Virus record (IMG/VR): IMGVR_UViG_3300044846_002556
Location: 1-54,165 of that record
Length of the DNA stretch: 54,165 bases
Source of the DNA: a virus
Lineage: Duplodnaviria > Caudoviricetes
Strand: one strand, 5' to 3'
Within the stretch, counting starts at the first letter, position 1; the number at the start of each line of letters is the position of its first letter. The notes beneath the pieces were generated by a model, which saw nothing but the letters and a program-made list of their open reading frames with translations, made no database searches and had not been told where the DNA came from. Positions 8,517 to 17,107 of the stretch are shown here, piece after piece. Position numbers and translations under genes: made by a program.

Positions 8517-9320
8517 TCAATTCCTGACAGCTGCGAAATAGTCGGCTAGACCTGTTTCGAGCGGATAAGATGGCTGCACTTTAGACGGCGCAGTATTCTT
8601 GCATTCAATCGTGCCTTGAGAGGTCGTGAAAATCTGGCGCTTGAGCGATGTCCCACGACCGGAACTTTGGGCGAGCAGGACTGTGTTGAAATAACGTCCG
8701 ACTTTCGGAGGTAACGCTTTTCCCAAGGTGTTAGGATAGTAACGCTCCGGCCCACTATCATCTCCCATCGGTTTGATGTGGCAGTTGATTATGACATTGC
8801 ATTTTACGGACTCGTCGTAGAGCATACGCAGAAGGTTCTCGACCAAAACCTGAGCCAAACCCCAATCGCTTTGATGCGGGTGTTGACCAAGTCTCCCGTT
8901 CATGGCGAGGATGTATGAAAGCGCAGCGTCGGAAAGCATTGTCAGGCTGTCAATCACGAGGACTGTTTTGCTGTCCCATGTGGTAATGGGGCCGAGGTTC
9001 GTGTCGCCGTCTTTCCATTCGCCCAACATGCCTGCAGTGCGCTGCCAAACGCTGGCCTTTGCGGGGATCAATTTGCCGCCGACGTTTTTCATGGGCTCTG
9101 TGATCGTCACGTAGTCCACGTTCGCAATGCAGTCCTTTGCATAGCGGCCTGATGTGAGCAGGTCGCGCAGCACGTCCACGCCGTTGTCGAGGTCGAGGAT
9201 GCGAACTTTGTAACCGGCGGCTGCAAGGGACGCCAAAGCTCCTGTTTTGCCCGAGCCACTGTCACCTACAAAAAGTAGTTTGGTTGTGTCTGCGGAATGA
9301 TGATCTTTGAGGGAAGGCAT
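8517..9320 (-). CDS. AAA/RecA-like ATPase (Sak4/AAA_24-like annealase)
   Basis: GDSGSGKT, LDLDNG, LVIDSLT, INCH; start at MPSLKD. Confidence 0.75.
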   Translation of the reverse strand: MPSLKDHHSADTTKLLFVGDSGSGKTGALASLAAAGYKVRILDLDNGVDVLRDLLTSGRYAKDCIANVDYVTITEPMKNVGGKLIPAKASVWQRTAGMLGEWKDGDTNLGPITTWDSKTVLVIDSLTMLSDAALSYILAMNGRLGQHPHQSDWGLAQVLVENLLRMLYDESVKCNVIINCHIKPMGDDSGPERYYPNTLGKALPPKVGRYFNTVLLAQSSGRGTSLKRQIFTTSQGTIECKNTAPSKVQPSYPLETGLADYFAAVRN

Positions 9321-9496
9321 TACTTTTTGTCCTTCTTGCTGCCTAAAGTCTGTTCGGCATGATTTAACGCGGTGTGGAGCGCTTCGGCTTGCGCTCTTGT
9401 TTCGCACGAAGCAAACAGGCGATAGCTTCCGTCTCGCTGCTCAACAAGAATGTGATAATGAGTGTTGCAATCAGGCTCGAAGATTATGAATTTCAT
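9320..9496 (-). CDS. Hypothetical protein (58 aa)
   Basis: Manual translation MKFIIFEPDC...KKDKK; AGGAG RBS; stop/start overlaps on both sides. Confidence 0.6.
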   Translation of the reverse strand: MKFIIFEPDCNTHYHILVEQRDGSYRLFASCETRAQAEALHTALNHAEQTLGSKKDKK

Positions 9497-9642
9497 GTCA
9501 GGCTCCTTTGAAGTGCGACTGATATTTGTTTGGCGAGGTTAAGGTTTGGCGTTGTGGCGACTGCGATCCAGTTCTGGGTTTTGCGATCAAAGACGATGAT
9601 TATGAAACCATCGTCAGAGTGTTGGGCAATGTGGACGCTCAT
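9493..9642 (-). CDS. Hypothetical protein (49 aa)
   Basis: Manual translation MSVHIAQHSDD...LQRSLT; ATGA overlaps on both sides. Confidence 0.55.
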   Translation of the reverse strand: MSVHIAQHSDDGFIIIVFDRKTQNWIAVATTPNLNLAKQISVALQRSLT

Positions 9643-10583
9643 ATGTCACCACGAACTTGCAGAGGGTCCCAAATGCGTTTTGTAAAGTCAGCCCTTAACC
9701 ACTCATGCCTAACGCTGGGCGGAAGGCCGCAGATTTTGCGGAACGGACAGCCGCCATACATGCCGCATGATTTGTCGTTCATGGGCCAATAGTTCTGGGC
9801 GGCATACAATTCTGCAGTCGCAATGTATTGGCCGAGGTCGAAATACCATTCCTCAAGGCCAGACTCCGTGCGCGGAACGACTCCTCGCAAGAAGCGTGTA
9901 AAGGTCTGTGCGATCTGCGCGCCATCCACAATGATGCCTTCGATCTGCACGTTGTAAACGATCTTCCCTGCGATGGCGTAGAGCGACATCTGGTTGTCGG
10001 GCGTGAACTTGTCGAAGAACGACTGGTTGATTGTGCTTTTGGTGGTCTTGCGGTCGAGCACGAAGGCTTTGCCGTTTAGCGAGGCAAGGCGATCCAAGTG
10101 CCCGCAGAGCAAAATCGTCTCCCCGTTGCGGGATTGATAGCCGCTGTCGAAACGGAACGAAAGTTCGACCGCAGGCTTGCCATTCGCGAGGCGCACCGTT
10201 TCAATCGGATCGTCTTTGAACTGATCCAAATACCAAACGACCGATCGCAGGAGCGTCATGCGGTTTTTGTTCGGATCGTCTGAAAACCAAGGACGATTTT
10301 TTTTCTCGTCCCAGGTAATTGTCAACACATATTTAACCACTTCGCGCACAGCTTGGGCATAATCCATCCCGCCAAAGCGTAAATGGTCATATCGCTCAAG
10401 CGCGGAATGAAAATGCAGACCAAAAGTAAGGTGAACGGAAATTTCACGGGGCTGCCATCCTTCCAAGATGCTGAGTTGGTAGTAGCGCGGGCACGTCTTA
10501 AACGCACCGATTGATGTGGAGTCCCACGCAAACTGGAAGCGGGGGCTGATAAGCGAAAGGGAATTGTTGACAACTTCTGACAT
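9639..10583 (-). CDS. PD-(D/E)XK exonuclease (Cas4/AddB-like, with a putative Cys cluster)
   Basis: CPR..Y, FG..FH, E, GHLDRL, LDRKTT, Q..LY, C..YGGCPF..IC. Confidence 0.85.
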   Translation of the reverse strand: MSEVVNNSLSLISPRFQFAWDSTSIGAFKTCPRYYQLSILEGWQPREISVHLTFGLHFHSALERYDHLRFGGMDYAQAVREVVKYVLTITWDEKKNRPWFSDDPNKNRMTLLRSVVWYLDQFKDDPIETVRLANGKPAVELSFRFDSGYQSRNGETILLCGHLDRLASLNGKAFVLDRKTTKSTINQSFFDKFTPDNQMSLYAIAGKIVYNVQIEGIIVDGAQIAQTFTRFLRGVVPRTESGLEEWYFDLGQYIATAELYAAQNYWPMNDKSCGMYGGCPFRKICGLPPSVRHEWLRADFTKRIWDPLQVRGDI

Positions 10584-10599
10584 GGGGAGTCCCTGTCTG

Positions 10600-10803
10600 T
10601 TAGGATTTGCGAGGATCAGAACCGACTTGGATCATGCGATAACCGTTGACCAGCATTTGCTGCACATTGTCGTGGTGGCCGCGAAGAAACATTGTGTGCG
10701 CGATTAAACGCTCGATCTTTTCACACGCCTCATCACCAAGCCACGTTGATGACTGCTGCCGAATGTCCTGCACAAGTGCGTCAAGTTCGTCTTTGGTCAG
10801 CAT
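10600..10803 (-). CDS. Hypothetical protein
   Basis: ORF packed in the operon. Confidence 0.55.
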   Translation of the reverse strand: MLTKDELDALVQDIRQQSSTWLGDEACEKIERLIAHTMFLRGHHDNVQQMLVNGYRMIQVGSDPRKS

Positions 10804-10811
10804 AGGGCACC

Positions 10812-11102
10812 TTAAAAGTTCAAGTCGATGTCTTTGAGAAGATCGTCTGCGGAAAGGATCGGGCCTTTCTGGCGTGGAGTCTTTTTGACTTTCGGTGTCG
10901 CCTCTTGCGTTGCGAACTTTTCGCGTTGTGCTCGGAGGTATTCGATGATGCGGTCGGCCTCGGCGTCTGTGATCTGCGGGGCGCGGTTCATCAGTTCTTC
11001 AAGGCTCGCGGGGGAAGCCTCTGCCAAAAGGTCCGCGCCGTCAGTTGTTGCCTTCTCCGACGAGGGCTGTGATTGAGGGGTCGAAGGGGACTGGTTTTGC
11101 AT
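10812..11102 (-). CDS. Hypothetical protein with acidic tail (ADDLLKDIDLNF)
   Basis: ORF with GGAG RBS. Confidence 0.65.
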   Translation of the reverse strand: MQNQSPSTPQSQPSSEKATTDGADLLAEASPASLEELMNRAPQITDAEADRIIEYLRAQREKFATQEATPKVKKTPRQKGPILSADDLLKDIDLNF

Positions 11103-11274
11103 TTGACTTTCGCTCCAAGTGCTGAATGTAAGCGTGAATGATTAGGCGAAGGGCTTTTGACCTACCGACTGTGCGAATGCCGGGGCGGCAGAAAAGCGCG
11201 TCGATTTTTTCCAGATCCTTCGTGTAAATGTGGAAATGGATTTTCGTGGTTTCGTCATCGAGGCGCGCAGCCAT
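11041..11274 (-). CDS. Small putative DNA-binding protein (ribbon-helix-helix-like)
   Basis: Alternating strand TKIHFHI followed by two helices, RSKALR.II. Confidence 0.5.
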   Translation of the reverse strand: MAARLDDETTKIHFHIYTKDLEKIDALFCRPGIRTVGRSKALRLIIHAYIQHLERKSNAKPVPFDPSITALVGEGNN

Positions 11275-11275
11275 T

Positions 11276-11572
11276 TTAATCGTCTCCTAAAAGGTCGGCC
11301 AAATTGTAAAGTGGGCCGTCACCTGTGGGGTTTTGTTTGAGTGCCTCGCCCTGCGGGGGCTGGGAAGTGACTTGCGGCTTGTCGGTTTTGACGATCCAGA
11401 TGTGTGTGGGTGAGGTCGGGGAACGGGAGATTTGTAGAATGTCGAGATCAGGGTCTTTGCGTTTCGCGGTGTAAAGGCGCTGCAAGGACACTTGGTAGTT
11501 GCCCAGAAGCTCCACTTCAATTCCAAACTCGGAATGGTAGGCTTCGTATAGCAACTCTGCTTCCTTGCTCAT
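11276..11572 (-). CDS. Hypothetical protein with tail LADLLGDD
   Basis: ORF with GAGG RBS. Confidence 0.65.
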   Translation of the reverse strand: MSKEAELLYEAYHSEFGIEVELLGNYQVSLQRLYTAKRKDPDLDILQISRSPTSPTHIWIVKTDKPQVTSQPPQGEALKQNPTGDGPLYNLADLLGDD

Positions 11573-11585
11573 TGCGACCTCTTGC

Positions 11586-11613
11586 AAAAAAGAAGCGGGG
11601 GCAGACCCCCGCT
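11586..11613 (-). terminator. Intrinsic terminator
   Basis: AGCGGGGG-TCTG-CCCCCGCT followed by TCTTTTTT on the minus strand. Confidence 0.8.
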
Positions 11614-11733
11614 CGCCAGTAGTTTCGAAAGACCATCTTCTGGCTGACGGTCAGCGGGGAAGGGAGGAAACGAAAACCCCGCCTTTCAAACGGGCAACCC
11701 AGACCAGCAGGACGCTGGGTTGCCCGAAGGGCA
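11586..11733 (-). ncRNA. Candidate structured small RNA / 3'UTR with an anti-SD loop
   Basis: Long hairpin, three-way junction with a UUUCCUCCCU loop, then a terminator. Confidence 0.4.
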
Positions 11734-12219
11734 TTAGGCGGCCTCGTCGAACAGGTCGGACAGAAGGTCGCCCGCCATCTTGCGGCTGGACTCAATACGG
11801 CGCGCAGCCTCGTCACGGATTTCTGGTTTGTGCTGCAGCACCTTGCCGACATACTCCGCAATCTGCTCGGCAGAATAGTCGCTCGGATTTCCACCCTTGC
11901 GGCGGATAGCGGCGAAAACCTGCTCCTTGGCGATTTTGTTCGCCTCTTTCGCAATCGGGTCGGCAGACGCCTTCGGGGTGCGAACGGCAAACTCGTAAGC
12001 ATCAGCGTAGGACTGAAACTCGGCGGACGCGGCAGTTGCATCAATCTCGCCCGACTCAGCGAGGCGCTTTAGCTTGGCAATGATCGAGGTGCGAATGTTG
12101 TCCGCAAGAACGTGGTTCAGCTTCTCGGCTTCGAGCGCGGTCAGGACATGGCCTTCAGCGTAGGGCTGATCGACGGAGACGTTGACGCCGTGCGGGAGTT
12201 TAAGATCGCGTTTTGACAT
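11734..12219 (-). CDS. Hypothetical protein with its own promoter; tail GDLLSDLFDEAA
   Basis: 161 aa ORF; AAGGAA RBS. Confidence 0.75.
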   Translation of the reverse strand: MSKRDLKLPHGVNVSVDQPYAEGHVLTALEAEKLNHVLADNIRTSIIAKLKRLAESGEIDATAASAEFQSYADAYEFAVRTPKASADPIAKEANKIAKEQVFAAIRRKGGNPSDYSAEQIAEYVGKVLQHKPEIRDEAARRIESSRKMAGDLLSDLFDEAA

Positions 12220-12282
12220 ATTACTGGTTCCTTAAAAGGCGCTATGCGCCGATTGATGGGCGTTCGCCCCTTTTGCCATTGG

Positions 12283-12311
12283 ATAGTGCCATCACCTTTG
12301 GCCCATTGCAA
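12283..12311 (-). promoter_or_regulatory. Sigma70-type promoter
   Basis: TTGCAA-N17-CACTAT. Confidence 0.6.
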
Positions 12312-12402
12312 ATGAAAAGTCACTCGCTGGGGATAAAATGTTAGGGCCATTTGATACACCCTAGCGAGGGGTGCTAACCGTGTGCCTTGCACCCGTCAGC
12401 CA

Positions 12403-12945
12403 TTACCAACCGTTCCAGCCGCAGAGGGCTATCAGCCGTCCGGGCTTTTTGATTTTCCACTTGGGCGCAGCTTTTTGGGCCTCGGTCAAAACATTGGGCT
12501 TGGGTGCAGGACGCTTCGCGTCTGGGGGTGTGCCCATTTCCGCACGACGCTGTGCGGCCTTTGCAGCTGACGCTCTGACGGCTTTAACTTGTGCTTCGCG
12601 GCGTTGCTGCAGGCGTCTGGCTTTTTGTTCTTCTGTAAGCACAGGCTTGCGTTTGTCACGAGAAACCTTTGCGTTCGCAAGTTGGCGTTCACGAAATTCT
12701 GGGTCATTTGCGTAGCGTTCCTTCCGACGCGCTGCACGTTGTTCTTTGTTCTCACGGTTCCAGCGACGGTTTGCTTCACGGCGCTTTTCTAAACCTGCCG
12801 CTTTCTTTTCCTCACGGAGTCGCTCGAGTTCTGCCAATGTCTCAGGCGGAAGGTCGAGTCCTTTCTTGCGTAAGCGATAGCGGGCGGAGTGCAGCTTTGC
12901 GCGCTCTTTGTTTTGCTCCCGCCATGATTTTTTATCGAATGGCAT
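12403..12945 (-). CDS. Very basic Arg/Lys-rich helical protein
   Basis: Start MPFDKK after an AAGGAG RBS. Confidence 0.6.
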   Translation of the reverse strand: MPFDKKSWREQNKERAKLHSARYRLRKKGLDLPPETLAELERLREEKKAAGLEKRREANRRWNRENKEQRAARRKERYANDPEFRERQLANAKVSRDKRKPVLTEEQKARRLQQRREAQVKAVRASAAKAAQRRAEMGTPPDAKRPAPKPNVLTEAQKAAPKWKIKKPGRLIALCGWNGW

Positions 12946-13108
12946 GAAACAACTCCTTCGGAACACAGGCGAAACCGATCTTGTAGCCGAGGCCACCTTG
13001 CTCGGACACAACTTTGCCTGCATTGTCACAGGCTTCTTTCGAAAGAAACTCGTGTGTCGTGATGGCGCTGCTTGTGCCAGCAAACCAGATGATTAAAACC
13101 CAGGGCAT
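12932..13108 (-). CDS. Hypothetical protein (58 aa, Cys pair)
   Basis: MPWVLIIW..EF.SKEAC...FACVPK; GGAG RBS. Confidence 0.55.
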   Translation of the reverse strand: MPWVLIIWFAGTSSAITTHEFLSKEACDNAGKVVSEQGGLGYKIGFACVPKELFHAIR

Positions 13109-13109
13109 T

Positions 13110-13283
13110 TTATTGCTCCGTCTTGCGGCCACGTTGGGCAATCGCGTATTCCACAAATGCTTCGTAAACGTAAGGGTCGAGATAAACAACATGATCTTCG
13201 TTATCTCGCGGGACGCGTAGACAGAATTGATAGCCGTCGAAAGAAACGTAAAGGCCGTCTCCGAGGTAGGTTTCTTTATCCAT
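13110..13283 (-). CDS. Hypothetical protein (57 aa)
   Basis: Manual translation MDKETYLGDGLYVSFDGYQFCL...; GGAG RBS; absent from the ORF track. Confidence 0.6.
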   Translation of the reverse strand: MDKETYLGDGLYVSFDGYQFCLRVPRDNEDHVVYLDPYVYEAFVEYAIAQRGRKTEQ

Positions 13284-13662
13284 GTTTATTCTCCAAAGCG
13301 GCGCGGGCGGCTTGCACTAAATTATCGTCCTCGCCGCAGTGTGCGTATTCCGCCAATTCGTCGGCCAATTCTTTAACGAGCGCTTCAAGTTCCGCGATGC
13401 GGGCTTTCAAGGCGTCAACGTCAACCGCCAGACGATGAACAGCGAGCATCTTTTCCAATTCCGCGATGCGCTGCCGCAGAGCATATTGCTCATCATACAA
13501 AGTTATCTTGTCATCTGTTTGCTTTTTGACAAAAGAAATCGCCTTATCACGCGCTTCTTCCAACTCCGCAATCCGCCGCTCCTTCGCCTCTAATGCGTCG
13601 GCGGCGGCTATCTGCCATATGTTTCCACTCTTTCTCAGATGAGCAATCAATTCGTCAGTCAT
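13276..13662 (-). CDS. Coiled-coil protein with three RIAELE repeats
   Basis: Start MTDELI; GAAGGA RBS. Confidence 0.6.
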   Translation of the reverse strand: MTDELIAHLRKSGNIWQIAAADALEAKERRIAELEEARDKAISFVKKQTDDKITLYDEQYALRQRIAELEKMLAVHRLAVDVDALKARIAELEALVKELADELAEYAHCGEDDNLVQAARAALENKHG

Positions 13663-13817
13663 TCCTTCACCCCCAGATAAGCGGCGCTGGCGGCGCGGGC
13701 GGTGCACTTGGTGTGGTTGTCAGGGAAAGCCATTTCGTCAAACGCAGTCGTTAGGATGACGCCTATTATGCTACCTGCGATAAAGCCTATGAATATCTTA
13801 GAAAATGTCTCGCTCAT
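13659..13817 (-). CDS. Small membrane protein
   Basis: MSETFSKIFIGFIAGSIIGVIL; GGGAG RBS. Confidence 0.5.
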   Translation of the reverse strand: MSETFSKIFIGFIAGSIIGVILTTAFDEMAFPDNHTKCTARAASAAYLGVKE

Positions 13818-13843
13818 CACTTCTCTCCCGTATAAGCTGCGTG

Positions 13844-14227
13844 TTACTTTTTGAGCGATTGATACGCCCGTTTGACACGAATACGATTGATGATGTTTGC
13901 GACGGAGCCGCGAAGGATGCCAAGACGATCTGCGACCTGTTGCTGCGTTGCACCGTCGTTGACCATTCGTTCTGCGATAAGTTCGATCTCCGTGATGGGA
14001 AGCGTTTTGATCGCGTTGCACCACGCAGTTGTGTAAGTGGGGTTCTCGATGTTCGGGTCGTCATCTGGACTTTTGAATTTGTCGTAATAGTCGTTGTCGC
14101 CTCCTTCGAGGAAGCGAACGCGAGGGATTGAAAGAAGCATTTGCCGCATGGTGCTTCCCGCTTGGACGCCCTGAGACTTGAGGCCCTGCACGATTGGCAC
14201 GTAGCGGCAGACTTTCTCGATCTTCAT
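13844..14227 (-). CDS. Helix-turn-helix DNA-binding protein
   Basis: C-terminal GATQQQVADRLGILRGSVANII. Confidence 0.7.
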   Translation of the reverse strand: MKIEKVCRYVPIVQGLKSQGVQAGSTMRQMLLSIPRVRFLEGGDNDYYDKFKSPDDDPNIENPTYTTAWCNAIKTLPITEIELIAERMVNDGATQQQVADRLGILRGSVANIINRIRVKRAYQSLKK

Positions 14228-14430
14228 GTTTTTTGCTCCGAAAAGTATTTTGAAGCGTGGAGGACCGGCAGAGGTTCGACGGGAATAGACTTGAGTTGGA
14301 GTGGCATTTTATCACCAAACCAATTTGCGTTTAAGCGAGCAAAAGGTTTTAGGAGATTTTCAAGTTCCGCGATGCGGGCGTCAGCTTCGCGTAATTCTTT
14401 TTGCAGGGCTTTGATTAGGTCGTCAGTCAT
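14224..14430 (-). CDS. Hypothetical protein (RIAELE motif)
   Basis: ORF; starts like 13276-13662. Confidence 0.55.
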   Translation of the reverse strand: MTDDLIKALQKELREADARIAELENLLKPFARLNANWFGDKMPLQLKSIPVEPLPVLHASKYFSEQKT

Positions 14431-14678
14431 TCTTCTTCTCCGAAGCCGTTTGAGGAACCTGCGAAACCACCTTCGGAATTATAATAGGTGGTATAATTCC
14501 CGATGGTGTTGGCGCTCCCCGCGTATTGACCCGATGGGCCATAGAATTGTGAATAGCCTGCGATGGTGTTTGCGGAGCCTTCAAGTTGCCCTTGGGGGCC
14601 GTAGAAGGTGGTGTAGCCGTCACAGAGGCCGATGCAAACGGCCAAGGCCGTGAGGCTCGTGGTGTAAGTGTTAAGCAT
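14427..14678 (-). CDS. Small repeat protein (3 x 20 aa), possibly exported
   Basis: YxxF/YY..xGx..GS.N repeats after a hydrophobic N-terminus; AAGGAG RBS. Confidence 0.6.
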   Translation of the reverse strand: MLNTYTTSLTALAVCIGLCDGYTTFYGPQGQLEGSANTIAGYSQFYGPSGQYAGSANTIGNYTTYYNSEGGFAGSSNGFGEEE

Positions 14679-15219
14679 CGTTCGCTCCTTTGAAAGCAAT
14701 GCGGGAAGGTTTGACGGCCCGCAGAATAAATTCAATCGTATGGGGGCTATAGGTGGCTCGGATCAAATCAAAGTCCGCCTTGTAAATATGCCGAAAGTCG
14801 CTCATCGCGGTCAAGCCAATTTCGGCTGTGTATTTAGGTTGGTTCAAAAACGAAAGTGTTTCGAGTTGGATGATGCGAGTGTGCGATGGGTCGCCCCACG
14901 CCCAGACGCTATCACGGCGCGGAACGCTCGCACACAAAAATCCACCCGGCTTGAGCACTCGCCAAAAGTCTGAAAACTGCGCGAAGAAAAATTTGTAATC
15001 GCCCTGAGCCCCCGTGTGTTCGAGCACTTCATACGCATGGATTTCATCAAACGTCTCGTCCCCAAACGGTAACGGCAAGTCGAGAAGATCGTGCACAACG
15101 TCTGGGTTGTGCGATGGGTTGATGTCGAGCGTGGTCACGTTTTGGAAGGAGGTTGTGTCGTCGGGGGAGACGGCTTTGAGCCGTCTCGATCCGCAGCCGA
15201 TTAAGAGTTCGCGGAACAT
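14671..15219 (-). CDS. Class I SAM-dependent methyltransferase (Methyltransf_11-like)
   Basis: LIGCG, LDI, LPF...FDEI....VLEH, WRVLKPGG, GDPSH. Confidence 0.8.
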   Translation of the reverse strand: MFRELLIGCGSRRLKAVSPDDTTSFQNVTTLDINPSHNPDVVHDLLDLPLPFGDETFDEIHAYEVLEHTGAQGDYKFFFAQFSDFWRVLKPGGFLCASVPRRDSVWAWGDPSHTRIIQLETLSFLNQPKYTAEIGLTAMSDFRHIYKADFDLIRATYSPHTIEFILRAVKPSRIAFKGANDA

Positions 15220-15572
15220 TAGAAGTCTCCTAATAGGTCGTCGAGGTCGAGCGTTGCAGCGGGCGCTTTGACGGGTTGTGCCGCGAGCGGCACCCAGCCA
15301 AATTCCTTTTCGGCCACGCCTTCTGGATTGGTGAGCCATCGTTGCCAAAAGTCTGCAAAGTCATCGGCGCGGAGGACAAGCACTTTGCGGGTCGAGCGGT
15401 TGGGGCCGGACGAAAAGAACCCGGAGACTTCGATCTCTGTGCCGTCGCCTATGGGGCTGCAATACAGGCCGGGGATGATCGAGAGTCCGCCGGGGTTGCT
15501 TTCCGGCGCGAACGCCGGAAGCCCTGATATGCGAGGACGAGATGGGTCGAGGAAATGCAGCGGTGCAGCCAT
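15219..15572 (-). CDS. Hypothetical protein with tail LDLDDLLGDF
   Basis: Start MAAPLH overlapping the helicase stop. Confidence 0.6.
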   Translation of the reverse strand: MAAPLHFLDPSRPRISGLPAFAPESNPGGLSIIPGLYCSPIGDGTEIEVSGFFSSGPNRSTRKVLVLRADDFADFWQRWLTNPEGVAEKEFGWVPLAAQPVKAPAATLDLDDLLGDF

Positions 15573-17065
15573 CACGAAAAATCCTTTAGGTTTGCCAGAA
15601 TGAGGGTGTGCTTTGTCCGGGTTTCCAGCACGTAGCGTAAGTTGTTTTCTTGTGTGATCTCGTCGTCTTTTTTGGCCCACTTGGATGGAATGCGCCACGG
15701 GTCGAGATGGAGAACGGTGTCCCATTCGAGGCCCTTTGCCTTGTGGCCTGTGGCGAGCGTCACAAGGCCGTTGTCACGGGCGAAAAGGTTGTCGAGTTCG
15801 CCTATCAGGTCGCGCACAGTTCGGGGTTTGCGGTTTTCCACGACCGCAAGAATGCACTCGTAGCGATCCGTTACGGAGTCGATCTTAGCTGCGTCCTCAT
15901 TCACTTCGGCCTTCGAGCGTTCTGTCTCAAACCAATTCGTGAGGACAAGCTGGAAGTCGGCACAAAGCACCGTTTGGTCAGGGGAAAGTTTCTTGCAGAG
16001 GCTTGATAACCCTTTGCCGATGTCCCGTCCGAGCATGTTCACGCCCACACCTTTACGCAGCAACTTGAAGGCCATGCTTAGAAGCGGCGCGTTGTTGCGG
16101 CAGAGGATGGCAAGTTCGGTTGTGGCGTAAGGCTTTAAGGTATCAACTGTCCAAGCGTTGCCCGTTAGATCGACGATCTCGCCCATGGGGTTGCTGGGCG
16201 CAGCACGGTATTGCGGGGCGTGAACGTGCTGACGATCAACCACCCGCTGCGGGCATCTGAAAGTTGTGTTGAGCGGGAGTTCGATCCATTCCTTTTTGAG
16301 CGCCTTGAGGTTGTTCATGCTGTTATGGTCCGCGCCACGGAAAGCGTAGATCGCCTGTCGCGGATCGCCCACGACTATGAGTTTCCCTGCGGCGACCTTA
16401 CGGAGCATTTCGTGATTAAGCGGTGACAAGTCTTGGGCTTCGTCAACCAGCACAACAGGAAATCTTGGGAACGCCCCAGAAAATACAACAGGGAGATAGA
16501 TTTGGTCGTCATAGGAGATACAGCCATTGAAACCTTCCTCGATGGACGCAATCAATATGCGCCTTGCTAATTTGCGCTCGTCAGGGCTCAAGCCTGAGTC
16601 AAGTTCGTAGTCGAGTTGCTCCCATGTGGCCGGGGTGTCAGGCAGAAGGCTGCGCGCATGTTGGAATTGTGACGGCACAAGGCCGCGCTGCATCGCCATC
16701 ACGACCATGGTTTTGATCGAGGCCCACTGGTTGCGGCTTTCAGGAAATGGCTGCAAGGCTGCGGTCGTCAGTCGTCCAAGTTTGTTCGCGTCGATCAGCA
16801 TTTTCTTCTTGTTGATTGTGAAAGACCATGCGCGATGCCCGAGGCCGTTCATGGTCATGACTGTGAAGTTCTTGGGGAAGCGTTTTTCGAGTTCTTCTTT
16901 GATTTTCTTGTTGAAAGCCAAGGCTAACGCAGGTTCGGGCGGGAGGGCCTTTGCCAGCATGGTGAGGGTTGTGGTTTTGCCAGTGCCTGCGAGGGCGTTG
17001 ACGATGAGGGACTGGGGCTGCGTTGCGGCCTCGATGATAGCGGACTGTTCCGGGGTGGGTGTCAC
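15572..17065 (-). CDS. uvrD: Superfamily 1 UvrD/Rep-like helicase
   Basis: ALAGTGKT, VDEAQD, VGDPRQAIYAFRGA, TFRC, TGHKAKGLEW, YV..TR. Confidence 0.92.
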   Translation of the reverse strand: MTPTPEQSAIIEAATQPQSLIVNALAGTGKTTTLTMLAKALPPEPALALAFNKKIKEELEKRFPKNFTVMTMNGLGHRAWSFTINKKKMLIDANKLGRLTTAALQPFPESRNQWASIKTMVVMAMQRGLVPSQFQHARSLLPDTPATWEQLDYELDSGLSPDERKLARRILIASIEEGFNGCISYDDQIYLPVVFSGAFPRFPVVLVDEAQDLSPLNHEMLRKVAAGKLIVVGDPRQAIYAFRGADHNSMNNLKALKKEWIELPLNTTFRCPQRVVDRQHVHAPQYRAAPSNPMGEIVDLTGNAWTVDTLKPYATTELAILCRNNAPLLSMAFKLLRKGVGVNMLGRDIGKGLSSLCKKLSPDQTVLCADFQLVLTNWFETERSKAEVNEDAAKIDSVTDRYECILAVVENRKPRTVRDLIGELDNLFARDNGLVTLATGHKAKGLEWDTVLHLDPWRIPSKWAKKDDEITQENNLRYVLETRTKHTLILANLKDFS

Positions 17066-17107
17066 GACACAAACCTTTCTGAGTTACTGCTGGGTGTTAG
17101 TTGGCCG

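Noticed and set aside
9639-10583. Cas4-like nuclease as a sign of CRISPR
   Set aside because: No array or other cas genes; it sits in a typical phage nuclease-ATPase-SSB recombination module
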